IMG/VR virus record: IMGVR_UViG_3300047470_000395
Span: 32,001-96,000 of that record
DNA length: 64,000 bases
From: a virus
Strand: one strand, 5' to 3'
Shown: positions 62,961-64,000 of the stretch, one piece after another
Position numbering within the stretch: position 1 is the first letter of the stretch
Layout: each line of letters starts with the position of its first letter
The notes under the pieces: model-generated
Databases searched by the model: none
What the model was told of the DNA's origin: nothing
Seen by the model: the letters and a program-made list of their open reading frames with translations, nothing else
Position numbers and translations under genes: made by a program

Positions 62961-63800
62961 ATGACGACACCAACAGCCGACATCGAGCGGCTCCGGTACG
63001 GGCCCTTTACAGGCCCCGCCGATGAGATGCGCATCATCGCGATGTGCAACCAGAAGGGCGGCGTCGGCAAGACGACCACCACCATGAACCTCGCCGGCGC
63101 GCTCGCCTCCTTCGGAAAGCGCGTTTTGATCGTCGACGGCGACCCCTCGGGAAACCTCACCGACGGGTTCAGGCTCGAGGGACTCGACGAGGACGAGGGC
63201 GATACTCAGGTCGACTGCCTGCTCAAGGGCGCAGACCCGCACCCCCTGGTGGCCAAGCCGTTCGAGAACATCCACGTCCTGCCGGCCAGCCCGGACATGG
63301 TGTTTCTCCCCGCTCGCCTCAGAGAGCGCGGCAACGCGCTGCACGCCCACAAGAAGATGCTCGCCAAGTTCGAGGGTGAGTACGACTACTGCCTGCTGGA
63401 CACCCGCCCGGCCATCGACACGGACACCAACTCGATGACCGCGGCCGCGCACGGCGCCCTCATGATGGCCAACACGCACAAGTGGGCCATGAAGGCCATC
63501 GGTTCTCAGCTCGACCAGCACGAATCCATCATGGAAGAACTCGGGCGCACCGACTTCCTTGAAATCGGCATGGTGATCAGCCTCGCGCTTTACGGACGCG
63601 GTGACTTCAACAAGCTGATCCTCAAGCAGCTTCGCCAGCACCCCGACCTGGCGCCCCTGGTAGAGATCCCGTTCCGTGGTGCCGACCTGGGCGAGGCGGA
63701 AGTCGAGGGCAAGCCCGTCCAGATGTACCGGCCGAAGTCCGACACAGCCCAGTACTTCCGCGACATCGCCGTCAAGGGCGGGCTGGTGGAGGCCGCGTGA
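62961..63800 (+). CDS. parA: ParA/Soj partition ATPase
   Basis: NQKGGVGKTTT, LIVDGDPSGNLT, YDYCLLDTRP. Confidence 0.93.
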   Translation: MTTPTADIERLRYGPFTGPADEMRIIAMCNQKGGVGKTTTTMNLAGALASFGKRVLIVDGDPSGNLTDGFRLEGLDEDEGDTQVDCLLKGADPHPLVAKPFENIHVLPASPDMVFLPARLRERGNALHAHKKMLAKFEGEYDYCLLDTRPAIDTDTNSMTAAAHGALMMANTHKWAMKAIGSQLDQHESIMEELGRTDFLEIGMVISLALYGRGDFNKLILKQLRQHPDLAPLVEIPFRGADLGEAEVEGKPVQMYRPKSDTAQYFRDIAVKGGLVEAA

Positions 63801-64000
63801 CCAAGAACTGGGAAGAAGCGACGAGCTGGGAGACCACCACCAAGCGCCGCGGCGGGGACAAGCTGGCCAAGAACAGCCGCGTCGCTGACGACGAACGACA
63901 GGCCGCCATCGCGGCCGCCGTCGAGGAGGCCAAGCCCGGTCTGCACAAGGTTCCCGACCCCGTTGAGCCCGCCGGGGAGGGCGCGCTCACCGACGAGGAA
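63797..64000 (+). CDS. Partition partner (centromere-binding) protein, 5' part only
   Basis: GTGA-coupled to parA; basic N-terminal arm (TTKRRGG), then VPDP...GALTDEE; runs off the window. Confidence 0.6.
   Translation, partial: MTKNWEEATSWETTTKRRGGDKLAKNSRVADDERQAAIAAAVEEAKPGLHKVPDPVEPAGEGALTDEE

Noticed and set aside
1-64000. tRNA, rRNA, integrase or transposase genes
   Set aside because: None recognised by eye; tRNAscan/Infernal would be needed to exclude small RNAs

Overview
High-GC, Streptomyces-like DNA from a temperate siphovirus-type phage-plasmid (or a prophage region of a large plasmid). Host and element type are inferred from codon style and gene families. 1-40.2 kb (+ strand) is a virion module: end of a Mu gpF-like head protein, SNase nuclease, a ~3,820-aa giant protein, an HK97-type prohead protease fused to a Nudix domain, major capsid, neck genes, tail tube, G/GT chaperones with a GGGAAAG -1 frameshift site, tape measure, Dit/hub, a 1,886-aa fibre and holin-like genes. 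42-48.6 kb (- strand) carries recombination, DUF2637 and replication genes (initiator plus DnaC-like loader). 49-52 kb holds a ParB-N protein, a TerS-like protein, endolysin and SSB. 52-64 kb holds a BldN-like ECF sigma/anti-sigma cassette, a second initiator with internal iterons and a DnaA box, a PemK-type TA pair, an EspR-like/HExxH/MAB_1171c-like/Tat-amidase module, and parA plus the start of its partner gene. Main observations: (i) an E-x-K-[S/A] motif recurs in the capsid, protease and giant protein, suggesting a protease-processed head-cargo polyprotein system; (ii) ~15 copies of a fixed-spacing late promoter motif, CGCGAC-N19-CANNNT; (iii) five copies of a 28-bp parS-like palindrome, four of them just upstream of those promoters; (iv) a ~740-bp apparently non-coding GCGCGC-saturated tract. 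All family assignments are from motif recognition by eye; no searches were run.
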